From NCBI GenBank assembly GCA_951406725.2, contig OX597822.1, positions 92,566,001 through 92,630,000 on the forward strand: DNA of 64,000 nt, given 5' to 3'. Positions 63,997-64,000 of this stretch are shown here, one piece after another. The notes under the pieces are model-generated. The model saw only the letters and a program-made list of their open reading frames with translations. It ran no database searches and was not told the origin of the DNA. Numbering within the stretch: the first letter of the stretch is position 1; each line of letters starts with the position of its first letter. The position numbers were made by a program, and so were the translations under genes. This DNA is from Octopus vulgaris. Taxonomy: Eukaryota.

Positions 63997-64000
63997 TTGT
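63832..64000. repeat. (TATG)n/(TG)n microsatellite
   Basis: Read directly. Confidence 0.95.

Overview
AT-rich, microsatellite- and SINE-dense eukaryotic DNA; the repeat families suggest a coleoid cephalopod, most likely Octopus (inference). It holds one complete protein-coding gene, PLAA (Ufd3/Doa1; WD40-PFU-PUL), on the minus strand. I reconstructed it as 12 GT-AG coding exons from ATG 46964 to stop 13712 (2244 nt, 747 aa, all phases consistent). The rest is mostly mobile-element debris: tRNA-derived and Nin/Deu-domain SINEs, LINE reverse transcriptase (RT) fragments, two Gypsy remnants, mariner, hAT and MULE fragments, an internally deleted piggyBac, non-autonomous Helitrons and a decayed Penelope-like RT. 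The main hidden signal is more than ten hammerhead-ribozyme motifs from about nine unrelated short elements, many in inverted-repeat form at (TA)n tracts, as expected for Penelope-like pLTRs. They include a family with a compensatory G3-C8 core swap (GUGAACA), a tRNA-headed SINE-like element carrying a hammerhead, and a possible permuted hammerhead. All folds were assigned by eye and none has been tested for activity.
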